A DNA stretch of 62,106 nt, the filler included. It is 6 parts of 6 records of this genome, joined end to end, with 100 filler letters (N's around TTAATTAATTAA, not from the genome) between each part and the next. Parts side by side here need not be neighbours in the genome. Positions count along the whole stretch, not along the records: positions 12,757 to 34,012 come from SRR20825019_67; 5 more parts are not named here. One strand, given 5' to 3'. The notes under the pieces were generated by a model, which searched no databases, had not been told where the DNA came from, and saw only the letters and a list, made by a program, of their open reading frames with translations. Shown here one piece after another: positions 20,423 to 31,573 of this stretch; positions within the stretch are counted from its first letter, which is position 1; each line of letters opens with the position of its first letter. A program made the translations under genes and the position numbers.

Positions 20423-20562
20423 AGATGCCCAATGGGCTGAATTCTGATTAAAAGAATAAAAATAAGCATTTTGTAGGTTAAACCGGGGAATCTGAATTAT
20501 TCAAAAAGCTCTTTCAATATTCTGTTTAATATTTTTGTATTTTTATTAAACAATAAAATAAA

Positions 20563-20712
20563 TTGACACATAAGAAACCGCATTTACCCACCAAAATATG
20601 TCCTGTTTGCAAAAGGCCCTTCACTTGGCGGAAAAAATGGGCCAAGGACTGGGAACAGGTAATCTATTGTAGTGAACGGTGCAGAAAAAATAAAAACAAA
20701 CATGAAGACTAG
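20563..20712 (+). CDS. DUF2256 small Cys protein (not in ORF track)
   Basis: TTG start; [35 protein letters not shown]; precedes the photolyase genes. Confidence 0.88.
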   Translation: MTHKKPHLPTKICPVCKRPFTWRKKWAKDWEQVIYCSERCRKNKNKHED

Positions 20713-22000
20713 CCTTATTTGGTTCGGAAACAATCTACGTGTTCTTGACAATGAAGCGTTGTATAGGGCTGCACAGTCCAATCGTGTGGTTGCCGTCTAT
20801 TTTTTTGACCCCAGACAATTCGAGTTAAATTCCTTTGGTTTCAAAAAAACAGAACGTTTCAGGGCGAAATTTTTACTGGAAACGGTACATCAGCTTCAAA
20901 AGAATCTAGAAGAACTCAACATTACCTTGCTCGTTTACCATGAAAAACCTGAAGACCGAATTCCCGAGTTGGTAGAACAATTCAATATCAATCATATTTT
21001 TCTTCAGCATGAGTGGACTTCGGAGGAGAACCAAGTGATTCAAAACGTTCAAGACCGTTTACCTAAGACCGTATCACTCCACAAAACATTCGACCAGTTC
21101 CTTTTTCATCCCGAGGACATTCCTTTTGATTCTTACTCACAGATTCCGCAGGTTTTTACGGTTTTCCGCAAAAAGTGCGAGAAACACGTTCAGGTAAGCC
21201 CTTGTTTTGAGAAACCGAAAGTATTTCCAAAGGAAAATCGGATAGGTCCCCCTAAAAATCTCCCTAGTTTACATGACTTGGGATTTTCTTCCTTTGATAC
21301 GGACGATAGATCGGCCTTCCCTTTTATTGGTGGTGAAAACAATACGCTACATCGAATGCAACATTACTTCTGGGATACCAAAAAACTGGCTTACTACAAA
21401 AAAACCAGAAACGGACTCGTAGGCACGGATTACAGTTCCAAATTTTCACCATGGCTGGCCAATGGCAGTATTTCCGCCCGTACCATTTATTGGGAGGTAA
21501 AACGCTTTGAAAACGAAATCAAGAAAAATCAGGATACCTACTGGTTGATTTTTGAACTGATATGGCGTGATTACTTCAAGTACGTTTCCTTAAAACATGG
21601 CAACCAGATTTTTAAAATTGATGGCATCCTTCAAAAGGAGTATGACTGGCATTCGAACGAAGCCGCTAAACGTGACTGGATCAACGGAGAAACGGATGAT
21701 GACTTTGTCAATGCCAATATGATAGAGCTCAAAAAGACCGGTTGGATGAGCAACCGTGGCCGACAGAACGTGGCCAGTTATTGGTCCAAACATCTTACAC
21801 AGGATTGGCGTATTGGAGCCTCCTATTTTGAAGCCATGCTCATTGATTACGATGTGCATAGCAATTGGGGCAATTGGATGTACAACAGTGGCGTGGGGAA
21901 CGACCCGAGGAACAGGATCTTTAATACCAAAAGGCAAGCAGAACGCTACGACCCGAACAAAAAATTCCAGAGCCTTTGGCTCCAACCTACTTTATTTTGA
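20702..22000 (+). CDS. DASH family cryptochrome
   Basis: [40 protein letters not shown] and GVGNDPR motifs. Confidence 0.93.
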   Translation: MKTSLIWFGNNLRVLDNEALYRAAQSNRVVAVYFFDPRQFELNSFGFKKTERFRAKFLLETVHQLQKNLEELNITLLVYHEKPEDRIPELVEQFNINHIFLQHEWTSEENQVIQNVQDRLPKTVSLHKTFDQFLFHPEDIPFDSYSQIPQVFTVFRKKCEKHVQVSPCFEKPKVFPKENRIGPPKNLPSLHDLGFSSFDTDDRSAFPFIGGENNTLHRMQHYFWDTKKLAYYKKTRNGLVGTDYSSKFSPWLANGSISARTIYWEVKRFENEIKKNQDTYWLIFELIWRDYFKYVSLKHGNQIFKIDGILQKEYDWHSNEAAKRDWINGETDDDFVNANMIELKKTGWMSNRGRQNVASYWSKHLTQDWRIGASYFEAMLIDYDVHSNWGNWMYNSGVGNDPRNRIFNTKRQAERYDPNKKFQSLWLQPTLF

Positions 22001-22003
22001 TTC

Positions 22004-23536
22004 ATGAAAACACTCAGACTTATCCTCGGTGACCAGCTTAATCTATCGCACAGTTGGCTGGACCAAGAGAACGATCACCATATTTACCTGATGGCCGAAA
22101 TGCGGCAAGAGACGGATTATGTAAAGCATCATATCCAAAAAGTGGTCGGTTTTTTCCGTGCCATGAGAAATTTTGCGGATGCTTTGGAAAAAAAGGGTCA
22201 TAACGTAGTATATTTTAAAATCGGTGATAAAAACAATCCCCAAAACCTGCCCGATCTTATTGACCAAACCATTTCTGAACACAAGATTGAAAAGTTTGAA
22301 TACCAATTGCCCGATGAATACCGATTGGACCAACAGCTTAAGAAAATTTGTAAATCCATATCCATTCCTTCGGAGGCTTTTGACACGGAGCACTTCTACA
22401 CGAAAAGGGATGAGCTAAAAAATCATTTTAAGGGCAAAAAACAATTGTTAATGGAAAGTTTTTATCGGATGATGCGAAAGAAGCACAACATTCTGATGGA
22501 GAACGACCAACCTGAAGGTGGAAAATGGAATTTTGACCAGAGCAACCGTAAAAAATGGGACGGTTCCCCTAGCATTCCAAAGGAACTGTCATTCAACGCG
22601 GATGTTACCGAACTACTGGAAGAAATCAAAAGTGCAGAGGTAAACACTTTTGGGAACATTGATGCCAAAAACTTTCCTTGGCCCACCTCCTACCAAGAAT
22701 GTACGGAGCTATTGGATTTTTTCTGTTCGAGACTATTGACCTATTTCGGGGACTATCAGGATGCATTGCATACCCAAGAGAAATACTTGTTCCATTCCCG
22801 ATTGTCCTTCGCGATGAACAGTAAAATGCTGTCGCCAAAAGAAGTCATCAACACCGTGGTGGAACACTATTACGAGCATAAAGATGATATCGATATTTCG
22901 CAAGTCGAGGGATTTATCCGCCAGATATTGGGTTGGCGGGAATATATGCGCGGTGTGTATTGGAAAGAAATGCCAAACTATGCTGAATTGAACAAACTGG
23001 AGAACCATAATCCGCTCCCGGATTTCTTTTGGACGGGGAAAACCAAAATGAACTGTCTGCACAATGCCATTGCCCAGAGTTTGGACAATGCCTACGCTCA
23101 CCATATTCAACGTTTGATGGTTATTGGAAACTATGCTTTGCTGACACAGGTAAACCCGGACGAAGTGGATGCATGGTATCTAGGTGTATATATAGATGCC
23201 ATTGAATGGGTAGAGATTACCAACACCAGAGGAATGAGCCAATTTGCGGATGGGGGCCTTGTAGCCACCAAACCTTATGTGAGTAGCGCCAATTACATTA
23301 ATAAGATGGGCAATTATTGTAAGGAATGTTCCTATAGTCATACAGTTAAGTCGGGAGAGAAATCCTGTCCGTTCAATTCATTGTACTGGAATTTTTTGGA
23401 AGAGAAGAAATCACATTTTAAGAACAACCAACGCATGTCGATGATGTTGAGCTTGCTGGAAAAAAAAAGTCAGCAGGAACTTTCTGAATTAAAGGAACGA
23501 GCGGAAAAAATCATACAAAATCCCGACGATTTTTGA
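22004..23536 (+). CDS. FeS-BCP cryptochrome/(6-4) photolyase (PhrB/CryB-like)
   Basis: LILGDQL, HHIQK, GGKWNFD, AHHIQRLM and KPYVSS motifs; C-terminal Cys residues CKEC...CPF. Confidence 0.92.
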   Translation: MKTLRLILGDQLNLSHSWLDQENDHHIYLMAEMRQETDYVKHHIQKVVGFFRAMRNFADALEKKGHNVVYFKIGDKNNPQNLPDLIDQTISEHKIEKFEYQLPDEYRLDQQLKKICKSISIPSEAFDTEHFYTKRDELKNHFKGKKQLLMESFYRMMRKKHNILMENDQPEGGKWNFDQSNRKKWDGSPSIPKELSFNADVTELLEEIKSAEVNTFGNIDAKNFPWPTSYQECTELLDFFCSRLLTYFGDYQDALHTQEKYLFHSRLSFAMNSKMLSPKEVINTVVEHYYEHKDDIDISQVEGFIRQILGWREYMRGVYWKEMPNYAELNKLENHNPLPDFFWTGKTKMNCLHNAIAQSLDNAYAHHIQRLMVIGNYALLTQVNPDEVDAWYLGVYIDAIEWVEITNTRGMSQFADGGLVATKPYVSSANYINKMGNYCKECSYSHTVKSGEKSCPFNSLYWNFLEEKKSHFKNNQRMSMMLSLLEKKSQQELSELKERAEKIIQNPDDF

Positions 23537-23620
23537 TTTTAACAATTCTTTAAAATCTGTGGGCTGCTACCTTGTCGTATATCTAACAAATAAAATATTC
23601 CGCTACGGCGCCTATATATA

Positions 23621-23654
23621 AAAAGTCCTTCACAATACGTTGCGAAGGACTTTT
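23621..23654. terminator. Bidirectional intrinsic terminator
   Basis: AAAAGTCCTTC...GAAGGACTTTT stem between convergent genes. Confidence 0.8.
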
Positions 23655-23679
23655 CACTTTTTAAGAGTTATGGTCTTAT

Positions 23680-24225
23680 TTACAAGATTCCATCCACAAT
23701 ACCATATTCAACGGATTCTTCGGCACTCATCCAGTAATCGCGATCAAAATCTTTCATTACCTTGTCATAAGGCTGTCCACAATTCTCAGATAGAATTTTA
23801 GCGCCCAGTTCCTTGGTCTTGATGATTTCCCTTGCCTGAATCTCAATATTTGAGGCCTGCCCCCTTGCACCACCACTTGGCTGGTGAATCATGACACGGG
23901 CGTGCGGCTGGATAAACCTTCTGCCCTTTTCGCCCACCGATAAAAGTATGGAACCCATAGAGGCGGCCAAACCAGAACAAACGGTAGACACAGGGCTTTT
24001 TATTTGTTTAATGGTATCGTAAATAGCAAAACCAGAGGTTACATATCCTCCCGGGCTATTGATAATCAATTGAATCTCCTTATTGTTCAACATATCCAAA
24101 TACAGCAACCGGTCGATTACGTGCTTTGCAGAATCATCATCTACTTGGCCCCACAAAAACACTTTGCGGTCGTCTAACAGTTTTTCTTGAATCAATTCCT
24201 GAACTTTTCCTTTTTTTGAACTCAT
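23680..24225 (-). CDS. clpP: ATP-dependent Clp protease proteolytic subunit
   Basis: INSPGG, AASMG, MIHQP and DRDYWM motifs (catalytic triad). Confidence 0.93.
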   Translation of the reverse strand: MSSKKGKVQELIQEKLLDDRKVFLWGQVDDDSAKHVIDRLLYLDMLNNKEIQLIINSPGGYVTSGFAIYDTIKQIKSPVSTVCSGLAASMGSILLSVGEKGRRFIQPHARVMIHQPSGGARGQASNIEIQAREIIKTKELGAKILSENCGQPYDKVMKDFDRDYWMSAEESVEYGIVDGIL

Positions 24226-24301
24226 TTTTTACGTGTTGTAAGACTTCAAAAATAATCAAATTCCAAGGAAGTTACCGCACTTGTTTTTCACAATGGCCGT
24301 A

Positions 24302-25129
24302 TTATGATTTTATCTGCACCTTTTGCGATACCACATCCTTGATCGGGATAACGTACTTTCCGCTTCTTGTCTCCAAAGTCAAACTATTGTTTTCTATGGA
24401 TTTAATGACTCCTTCATCATCCCCTATAACTATTCTATCGCCTACCACATATGTCTTTCGGGTGTAAAATGCCCTAAGGATATCGGCAACAATTTCTTTG
24501 GATCCCAATCCTACCCCCAAAGCAAATGCCAAAAGGAAAGAGCCCAGAATCAATGTGATATTATTGGTAATAATAGTGGTATCGACACCTGCCTGGTTCA
24601 ATGCGGTGATGGACATAAAGATGACGATCACATAGAAAAACAAGTTGCTTACGATATTGGAACCTCCAAATTCCAGTGAATCGAACAAACGCTTGACCGT
24701 CTTCTTCACAAAATTACCGATGTAGAACCCGAGCATCAATAGTGCCAAAGCGCTAAAGAACTTAGGAAGATAATGTAAGAGGTTGCCAATTTCCTTGGAT
24801 ATGATTTTCCAATCCAAAATATCAGCAGCTACGATCAAAAACACCAAAATCAAAAACCACCGAACAAACCCCAAAATAATTTTTATGATATCTACATTGA
24901 GGTCTCCTTTGCCGGTGACGTCCATGCCATTGATCTTATCATTGAGCATATCCACTTTGGCCAGTTTAAGGATTTTCTTCAGAAGGAAGAGTACAATTTT
25001 GATAACGATCCAACCTAAAATCAAAATAATGATAGCGCCCAATATTTTTGGGAGGGCCAGCGCCATCTCTTTGCCCATGCCAGACAGGGACTCCAGGGTC
25101 ACATTTTTCCATTCATTAATAGTCTCCAT
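24302..25129 (-). CDS. MscS-family / TM_helix (CmpX-like) membrane protein
   Basis: LPKILGAIIILILGW-type repeats and C-terminal VGDRIVI..EG beta domain. Confidence 0.85.
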   Translation of the reverse strand: METINEWKNVTLESLSGMGKEMALALPKILGAIIILILGWIVIKIVLFLLKKILKLAKVDMLNDKINGMDVTGKGDLNVDIIKIILGFVRWFLILVFLIVAADILDWKIISKEIGNLLHYLPKFFSALALLMLGFYIGNFVKKTVKRLFDSLEFGGSNIVSNLFFYVIVIFMSITALNQAGVDTTIITNNITLILGSFLLAFALGVGLGSKEIVADILRAFYTRKTYVVGDRIVIGDDEGVIKSIENNSLTLETRSGKYVIPIKDVVSQKVQIKS

Positions 25130-25163
25130 AGTTGTTGTTTATTTATAGTGTTCTGTTAGTTGA

Positions 25164-25352
25164 TTAGTTGTCACCCATTGTTCGGAAAAGCTTACGCAAA
25201 GCACTGCCCAAATTAATCGAGAACAATGAAGCCATGTCCATGATCAACTTTGCGGCAGCAATGTCGTTCATCACTTTTTGCTTCATTTCCGGTGGGGCCT
25301 CGTGCAAGGAAGCCTCCAGCTCTTTGAATGGGTTTTTGTGTTTCTTTGCCAT
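25164..25352 (-). CDS. Small hypothetical protein, possible anti-sigma partner
   Basis: 62-aa ORF abutting the ECF sigma stop codon, same strand. Confidence 0.65.
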   Translation of the reverse strand: MAKKHKNPFKELEASLHEAPPEMKQKVMNDIAAAKLIMDMASLFSINLGSALRKLFRTMGDN

Positions 25353-25925
25353 CTATTCGAGGGTATTATAGATTTCCAATAGTCTTTCTTTGGCTCTTTT
25401 AAGCCGCATTTTTACTGCGCTCTCCCCTATATCCAATAAGTTTACCAGTTCCTTTATACTGGCTCCGTCCTGATACTTTAACAATAAAATGGACCGCTCT
25501 TCAGCGGAGATGATTTCTAGGCATTTCTTGAGTTTATCGGCTTTCATCTCAAACAACCTCTCATCGGGCACCTCTTCTGTAAGTTTGTATTCCGAACTTT
25601 CTACCTGTACGGATTTGTCCCGAATTTTAAGTTGCTTGTTCCGATTTACATAGTTCACACAAAAATTATAGGTAAAAGAATATAGCCATGTAGAAAACTT
25701 CGATTTTCCCTTAAAGGTCCGAAGTTTGATAAATAATTGAAGAAAGACATCTTGGGTCAAGTCTTCCGCCTCGTCCGCAGATTTCGCAAATCCGTAACAT
25801 TTGTTATAGACCATTTTCACATAGCGGTCATACAACTTCCCAAAGAGCATAGGGTCATTGTCCGCCACAATCTGTTTTACTAATTCCTCATCAGAAAGAT
25901 GTACGTATAAGTCTTCCTTTTCCAA
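25353..25925 (-). CDS. ECF RNA polymerase sigma factor
   Basis: AEDLTQDVF, FSTWLY and ESAVKMRLKRAK motifs; start likely the TTG at 25925. Confidence 0.92.
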   Translation of the reverse strand: MEKEDLYVHLSDEELVKQIVADNDPMLFGKLYDRYVKMVYNKCYGFAKSADEAEDLTQDVFLQLFIKLRTFKGKSKFSTWLYSFTYNFCVNYVNRNKQLKIRDKSVQVESSEYKLTEEVPDERLFEMKADKLKKCLEIISAEERSILLLKYQDGASIKELVNLLDIGESAVKMRLKRAKERLLEIYNTLE

Positions 25926-26067
25926 AAACGCTTTGTCGGGGTTACTTATAAGTATTAGAAACAAGTTTTTTAAAAAAGTCACTTCAAAAACAGATTTATG
26001 GGTCAGGCTTTTTAAAATGGGGCGCAAAATAACGGATTTTCACACTATATTTGGTTAAAAATCAGAT

Positions 26068-26757
26068 ATGAAGACCTATTACATCGTTGGATTGTTCGCT
26101 ATTTTATTTTTCGCATCCTGTAAAACGGAGCCAAAACAAAAAGAGGAGACCCAAGAAGCGGCCGAAACCGATAAATCGGTCCCGGAACTTATTGCCGAAG
26201 CCCATGGTTTTGAAAACTGGTCGGCTGTGAAGGAAATCACATTTACCTTTAATGTAGATAGAGATTCCATGCATTTTGAACGCAGTTGGGACTGGAAACC
26301 CAAGAGCAACATGGTAACGGCCATTTCGGGGCCCGACACCCTTACATACAATCGAAATTCCATGGACAGTATTGCCCAAAAAACAAACAGTGGTTTTATC
26401 AATGACAGATATTGGTTGATGGCCCCTTTTAATTTGATGTGGGACTCCGGCAATTATACCTACGAACATACAGCTGAGGCCACCGCTCCAATCAGCAAAG
26501 AGCCTATGCAAAAGCTCACCATAGTGTATGCCAACGAAGGTGGTTACACTCCCGGTGATGCATATGATTTCTATTTTAAGGACGATTATATAATTCGCGA
26601 GTGGGCCTATCGAAAATCCAACCAAGAAGAGCCCAACTTGGTCTCCACTTGGGAAGATTATGTAGAGATGCAGGGATTGCAGTTATCGAAGCAGCACAAT
26701 CGTCCCGAAGGTGGCACCAACTTATATTTCACCGGGCTTACGGTAAGCAAGGAGTAA
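26068..26757 (+). CDS. Hypothetical lipoprotein
   Basis: Lipobox FASC; AHGFENW, FINDRYWL and GGYTPGDAY motifs. Confidence 0.75.
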   Translation: MKTYYIVGLFAILFFASCKTEPKQKEETQEAAETDKSVPELIAEAHGFENWSAVKEITFTFNVDRDSMHFERSWDWKPKSNMVTAISGPDTLTYNRNSMDSIAQKTNSGFINDRYWLMAPFNLMWDSGNYTYEHTAEATAPISKEPMQKLTIVYANEGGYTPGDAYDFYFKDDYIIREWAYRKSNQEEPNLVSTWEDYVEMQGLQLSKQHNRPEGGTNLYFTGLTVSKE

Positions 26758-26892
26758 TAGCTTTCTTTGATTTTGTGGGCATAGTTTGCTCACAAAAAGC
26801 ATTTTCAAAATTCTCCCCAGCGCTTAAAAATGATGTTTTCCATCGTTTATTTTCCTATTTCGGGAAATGAAACTTTTGAAACAAAACTATAA

Positions 26893-28398
26893 ATGAGAAT
26901 TAAAAACCTTATCATCCCATTATTTTGTCTGGTGACCATACATGTACAAGCACAGGATAATTGGCTCACCAAAAAACAAATAACAGAGGATGTTGAATTT
27001 TTGACCAAAACATTAAATGAAAAGTCTTCCTATGCTTATCTGAACGGTTTTGATTTCAACAAGGATTTTGAAAATTATCTTACATCGTTAAAAGATTCCA
27101 CCCAACTTGAAAATTTCGGTTTGTTTATCACCAACACTTTGGCCAAAATCGGGGATAGACATTCCGCTTTAAATGGCATTAGAGGCTACAGCCTAAACGA
27201 ATCCTTATTCTTACCGTTTGTTTACGCACCTGTTAACGATAAAGTTGTTGTCCTGAATTATGATCAGGATAAAACCTTGAAAATCCTAAATCCCCGCTTC
27301 CCCTACCTCAAAAAGATTGATGGTCTCGACATAGATGAATTCTTGCAAAAAACGCGGCCAGAAGATATTAAGGCCCCCAAAGAGACCTATTTTACCCTAG
27401 CAGTTCGCGACATTAGGGACATACAAAAAAATTACATCCTATTGGACAAAGCACTACCGAAAGAAATCGAATTAACCCTTTCGGACGATTTATTCCAAAA
27501 TGACACAACTTTAATCGTTCCTGTAATAGGTAAATCAGAACGGCAAAGACCATGGGATGAAAAATTTGAAAGGGACTATCTTTTTATAAAGGACGAGGAC
27601 TTCAACCAACCCGAAATTATTGATGGTCTATTTAGTTTGGACGACCAAATCGCATACATCAAATTACCGGAAATGGTACGTAAGGATGAAGCTCCCCTAC
27701 TTTTTGAGAAAGTCAATTCATTTATGAAATCGATTCGAAACGACAGCGAAGCCCTAATTATCGATGTCAGGGCCAATGGTGGCGGAACACGGGACTTGTT
27801 ATATGAGTTTGCAAAATATTTGATTCACCCTGACTCCGTTCATGTTATAAATGTAGTCAAGCAAAGAGGGCCACTCCCCTTGCCAAAAGATTATAAAGAA
27901 AGCCTACACAGCCGATTTTTATATTCTTTTTCGGAATTGAATGACAGGGAACAGAAAAAGGTAACTGGGTTTTTGAAAAATTTCAACCCAATGTATGAAT
28001 TGGATAACGCAAAGTACAGCGAATATCATTTTGGATTGTTGAATGGAGAGAAATTATCCACTGAAGGACTGTACTACAACAAGCCTATCTATATTTTGGC
28101 CAACGAAAAAACTTTTAGTGCCGCATCTGTTTTCGTCTCTGATTTCAAAGGAATTCCGAATATAAAAATTGTTGGGGTGACAACGGATGGTTCTAGTGGC
28201 AATAGCAATTGGGTCGACCTCCCAAATTCAAAATTGTTCGGGAAAATCAGTACAATGGTCTCCTTTCAAAAAAATGGAAAGGTTTTGGACGGTTACGGAA
28301 CAACACCTGATATAAAAATAGAAAGGGACATGAACCAAGTGCTTTGGCAATCGGACACACAACTTGAAAAGTTAAGAGCCCTGATAAAGGAAAAATAA
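26893..28398 (+). CDS. S41 family peptidase
   Basis: Signal peptide; LIIDVRANGGG, TFSAAS and GTTPDI motifs. Confidence 0.88.
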   Translation: MRIKNLIIPLFCLVTIHVQAQDNWLTKKQITEDVEFLTKTLNEKSSYAYLNGFDFNKDFENYLTSLKDSTQLENFGLFITNTLAKIGDRHSALNGIRGYSLNESLFLPFVYAPVNDKVVVLNYDQDKTLKILNPRFPYLKKIDGLDIDEFLQKTRPEDIKAPKETYFTLAVRDIRDIQKNYILLDKALPKEIELTLSDDLFQNDTTLIVPVIGKSERQRPWDEKFERDYLFIKDEDFNQPEIIDGLFSLDDQIAYIKLPEMVRKDEAPLLFEKVNSFMKSIRNDSEALIIDVRANGGGTRDLLYEFAKYLIHPDSVHVINVVKQRGPLPLPKDYKESLHSRFLYSFSELNDREQKKVTGFLKNFNPMYELDNAKYSEYHFGLLNGEKLSTEGLYYNKPIYILANEKTFSAASVFVSDFKGIPNIKIVGVTTDGSSGNSNWVDLPNSKLFGKISTMVSFQKNGKVLDGYGTTPDIKIERDMNQVLWQSDTQLEKLRALIKEK

Positions 28399-28527
28399 CT
28401 GTCATCTAAGAAGTTGGTATGGCCGGAAACTGATAACTTAGAAAATCATATAACCTGCAATCGGCCAAATAATTCGTTACAGTTATGGAACATTGATCAA
28501 TTCTGATATGAGCACATACAATTGATT

Positions 28528-29676
28528 TTATTTCCCCCTCCTTCGCAGAAAAAATGTAATCCCAAAAACCAAAAGGGCCATACACAGCAACAAGACAAAG
28601 CTATAGTTTAGAGAGGCACTTTCTGCAATAAACCCTAGAATAACAGGCCCCAACAAAAATCCGATATACCCGAACCCAGCTATAAAAGCAACACCTTGGG
28701 AAGAATCCACCCCTTTTACATTCCCTCCGATACGGAACAATTCGGGTACTATGACCGAAAAGCCAAGACCGTTAAGAGCAAATCCAATTATGGACCAAGT
28801 AGTGTTTTGTGTCAGCACCAAAACAAAACCAATAGCAGCAATTAGTGCTCCCAACCCTACTATTCTTATGGGCCCAATTTTTGCGCTGATACCATCGCCC
28901 AGAAACCGACCTAAGGTCATAGTTGTGGAAAATGCCAAGAATCCCGCACCAATAAGCAGCTCTGGTGCCATGGTCATTTCTTTGAGGTAAAGTGCGCTCC
29001 AATCTATAATGGCACCTTCGCTACCAAAGGATACAAACCCAATAATGCCAAGCAAAAGCAACGGCTTGAACAATTTTAGACTGAAAGGCTCCTTCTCTAC
29101 TGGAGCGGCAACCACTTGGATATAATGTTTCTTTAGAAAAAAATTGATGATAAATACCAACACCACGGTAACGCCCATGTGCAACACAGGGTTTCCAATC
29201 ACAGGAATCAGGAAACTGCCCAGGCCTACCAAAATACCGCCCAAACTAAAAAAGCCATGGGCCGCGGACATAAAGTTTTGTTTGTCTTCCTTTTCAATCT
29301 CGGTGACCAAAGTGTTTATGGCTATATCTATAAATCCATTGCTCGCCCCAAAAAGGTACAAAGCTGCCATCAGCATATAATAATTGGGAGCCATTAGCGG
29401 CAACATTGCTGTTACCGAAGCAAATATTACCCCGTACCATGACGACCTTCCGACCCCAAATTTATTGATGACCTTGGAAGCCACAGGGAAAATAGTGAAA
29501 ACCCCCAGCGACAAGCAGAACAGGGCTATGCCCAAATCTGCTTTATTTATATCCAGTTTTTCCTTTACGGTGGGAATATAAATGGCCCATGTCCCAAACC
29601 AAATATTGATACTGGTAAATACCCATGCCACTCCAAAATATCTTGGATTGGACAGAATAAGCCATAGGGATTTCAT
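28528..29676 (-). CDS. MFS transporter
   Basis: About 12 hydrophobic segments; HGFFSLGG, EGAIIDWS and GRFLGD motifs. Confidence 0.9.
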   Translation of the reverse strand: MKSLWLILSNPRYFGVAWVFTSINIWFGTWAIYIPTVKEKLDINKADLGIALFCLSLGVFTIFPVASKVINKFGVGRSSWYGVIFASVTAMLPLMAPNYYMLMAALYLFGASNGFIDIAINTLVTEIEKEDKQNFMSAAHGFFSLGGILVGLGSFLIPVIGNPVLHMGVTVVLVFIINFFLKKHYIQVVAAPVEKEPFSLKLFKPLLLLGIIGFVSFGSEGAIIDWSALYLKEMTMAPELLIGAGFLAFSTTMTLGRFLGDGISAKIGPIRIVGLGALIAAIGFVLVLTQNTTWSIIGFALNGLGFSVIVPELFRIGGNVKGVDSSQGVAFIAGFGYIGFLLGPVILGFIAESASLNYSFVLLLCMALLVFGITFFLRRRGK

Positions 29677-29717
29677 CTAATGGTGGTGTTTAGTCGGTTC
29701 ATTTAGTGCATTGGTTC

Positions 29718-30986
29718 TTATTTGCTCTGTATACCCTCTTTTAAGATTTGTCCAAAACGATACATATCCTCATACGAACAGTACAATGGAGCAGGTGCCA
29801 GTCGGATAACATTCGGCTCCCTCCAATCGGTGATCACACCTTTTTTCATTAAATAGTCAAAAATGGATTTCCCTTCGCCGTGCAAAAACACGGAGAGTTG
29901 ACATCCTCTGTCCGCAGGAGTGATAATTTCAAATGTGCTATCTACTTCCTTATCTATCTCGTGGAGTACATATTCCAGATAGGCCACAATGGTCTTTTGT
30001 TTTTCGATTAGTGCATCCATACCCACTTCATCAAATAGTTCCAGAGAGGCCAAATAGGGAGCTACGGACAAAATGGGCGGATTGCTCAGTTGCCATGCGT
30101 CGGCGGTTTCAATAGGGTCGAACTCCGGCTTCATTAAAAAACGTGTCTCTTTTTTGGTTCCCCACCAGCCTTCAAAACGGGGGATGTCCTCTTTGCCCAA
30201 GTGTTTTTCGTGCACAAAGACTCCCGATGCGTTCCCCGGGCCACTGTTCATGTATTTATAGCTGCACCAAGCGGCAAAATCAGCACCCCAATCGTGCAGG
30301 TTCAATTTGATGTTTCCAACGCCGTGGGCCAAATCCCAACCAACAAAGGCACCAACATCCTTGCCTGCTTTGGTAATGGTTTTCATATCCAATACTTGCC
30401 CATTATAATAATTGACACCACCCATCAACACCAAAGCCAGCTCATCCCCCACTTCATTTATTTTTTGGATGATATCCCCGGTACGCCATGCATGTTCCCC
30501 ATCTCGTTTTTTCACTTCTACTATGGCATCCTCGGGATTCAGTCCGTGATAACGCACCTGACTTTGCAACATATATTGGTCGGACGGAAACGCCTTCTCT
30601 TCGCAGATTATCTTGAACCGTTTTTCGGTGGGTCGGTAAAAGGACACCATCAACAAATGAAGGTTTACGGTTAGGGTGTTCATCACCGAAATTTCCTTGG
30701 GTTTTGCCCCTACGACCTTACCCAAACCCTCGGCCAGTCTTTCGTGATAGTCCCACCAAGGCTTATCAGCATAAAAGTGTCCTTCGACAGCGAGCTCTCG
30801 CCAGTCCTTCATAACCTCATCAACAAACTTTTGGGTACGTTTGGGTTGAAGCCCAAGTGAGTTGCCCGTAAAATAGATTACATCCTTTCCGTTGACTTGT
30901 GGATAGTGGAATTCATTTCTATAGGAAGCCAATGCATCGGAAGCATCGAGCTTTTTGGCATATTCAAGCGTATTCTCGAATGTCAT
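29718..30986 (-). CDS. kynU: Kynureninase
   Basis: YFTGNSLGLQP, FPSDQY, WDLAH and WCSYKYMNSGPG motifs. Confidence 0.96.
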   Translation of the reverse strand: MTFENTLEYAKKLDASDALASYRNEFHYPQVNGKDVIYFTGNSLGLQPKRTQKFVDEVMKDWRELAVEGHFYADKPWWDYHERLAEGLGKVVGAKPKEISVMNTLTVNLHLLMVSFYRPTEKRFKIICEEKAFPSDQYMLQSQVRYHGLNPEDAIVEVKKRDGEHAWRTGDIIQKINEVGDELALVLMGGVNYYNGQVLDMKTITKAGKDVGAFVGWDLAHGVGNIKLNLHDWGADFAAWCSYKYMNSGPGNASGVFVHEKHLGKEDIPRFEGWWGTKKETRFLMKPEFDPIETADAWQLSNPPILSVAPYLASLELFDEVGMDALIEKQKTIVAYLEYVLHEIDKEVDSTFEIITPADRGCQLSVFLHGEGKSIFDYLMKKGVITDWREPNVIRLAPAPLYCSYEDMYRFGQILKEGIQSK

Positions 30987-31043
30987 TCTATTTTGGTTTT
31001 CATCAAAAATACAATTTGTAGCAGTAATGTGATCAAAAGAAAA

Positions 31044-31508
31044 TTACTCCAAACGCATTTCGATGATGTGCTTTTTAAATCCTACTTTTTCATAAGCCTT
31101 GATTGCCGGTAGGTTTTCATTGTAGACCGTCAATCGGATTTCCTTATAACCTTGGTCCAGGGACCATTGTTTAAGCCCATCCACAATCTGAGCATTGATT
31201 CCCTTCCCCCGAAAATTTTCATCGGTATACATAAAACCCAAATATGCGTAAAACTCATGGTCCAGATAATGCCTTGCTCTTTTGGGAATGGCGTAGCCAG
31301 AAGCCACGACCCCACCATCTATCTCTGCGACCAAAACACATGCTTTTGTATCCTGAATCATTTCTCCAATATCGTAATAACTGATAGGTCCTTCTTTTAT
31401 AGTAACATCAAAAGGACGCTCTGCCTTTATGATTTCCTGTTCAAAGTTGAGGAGCTTGGGCAAGTCTTCCAATGTGGCGGTTCGTATACTTACCTTTGGT
31501 AACGTCAT
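31044..31508 (-). CDS. GNAT acetyltransferase
   Basis: FRGKGI motif A and N..AIKAYEKVGF. Confidence 0.88.
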   Translation of the reverse strand: MTLPKVSIRTATLEDLPKLLNFEQEIIKAERPFDVTIKEGPISYYDIGEMIQDTKACVLVAEIDGGVVASGYAIPKRARHYLDHEFYAYLGFMYTDENFRGKGINAQIVDGLKQWSLDQGYKEIRLTVYNENLPAIKAYEKVGFKKHIIEMRLE

Positions 31509-31573
31509 GAGGTTCTTTTGTTTTATCAAGCAGTCAATGTAGTTCTTTTCTATATTTTTGCGAAAAATATATC

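Noticed and set aside
28399-28497. Possible second attC-like remnant after the S41 peptidase (GGCCG...CGGCC, ending GTTATGG)
   Set aside because: The arms are too short and there is no clear AAC core, so it cannot be supported
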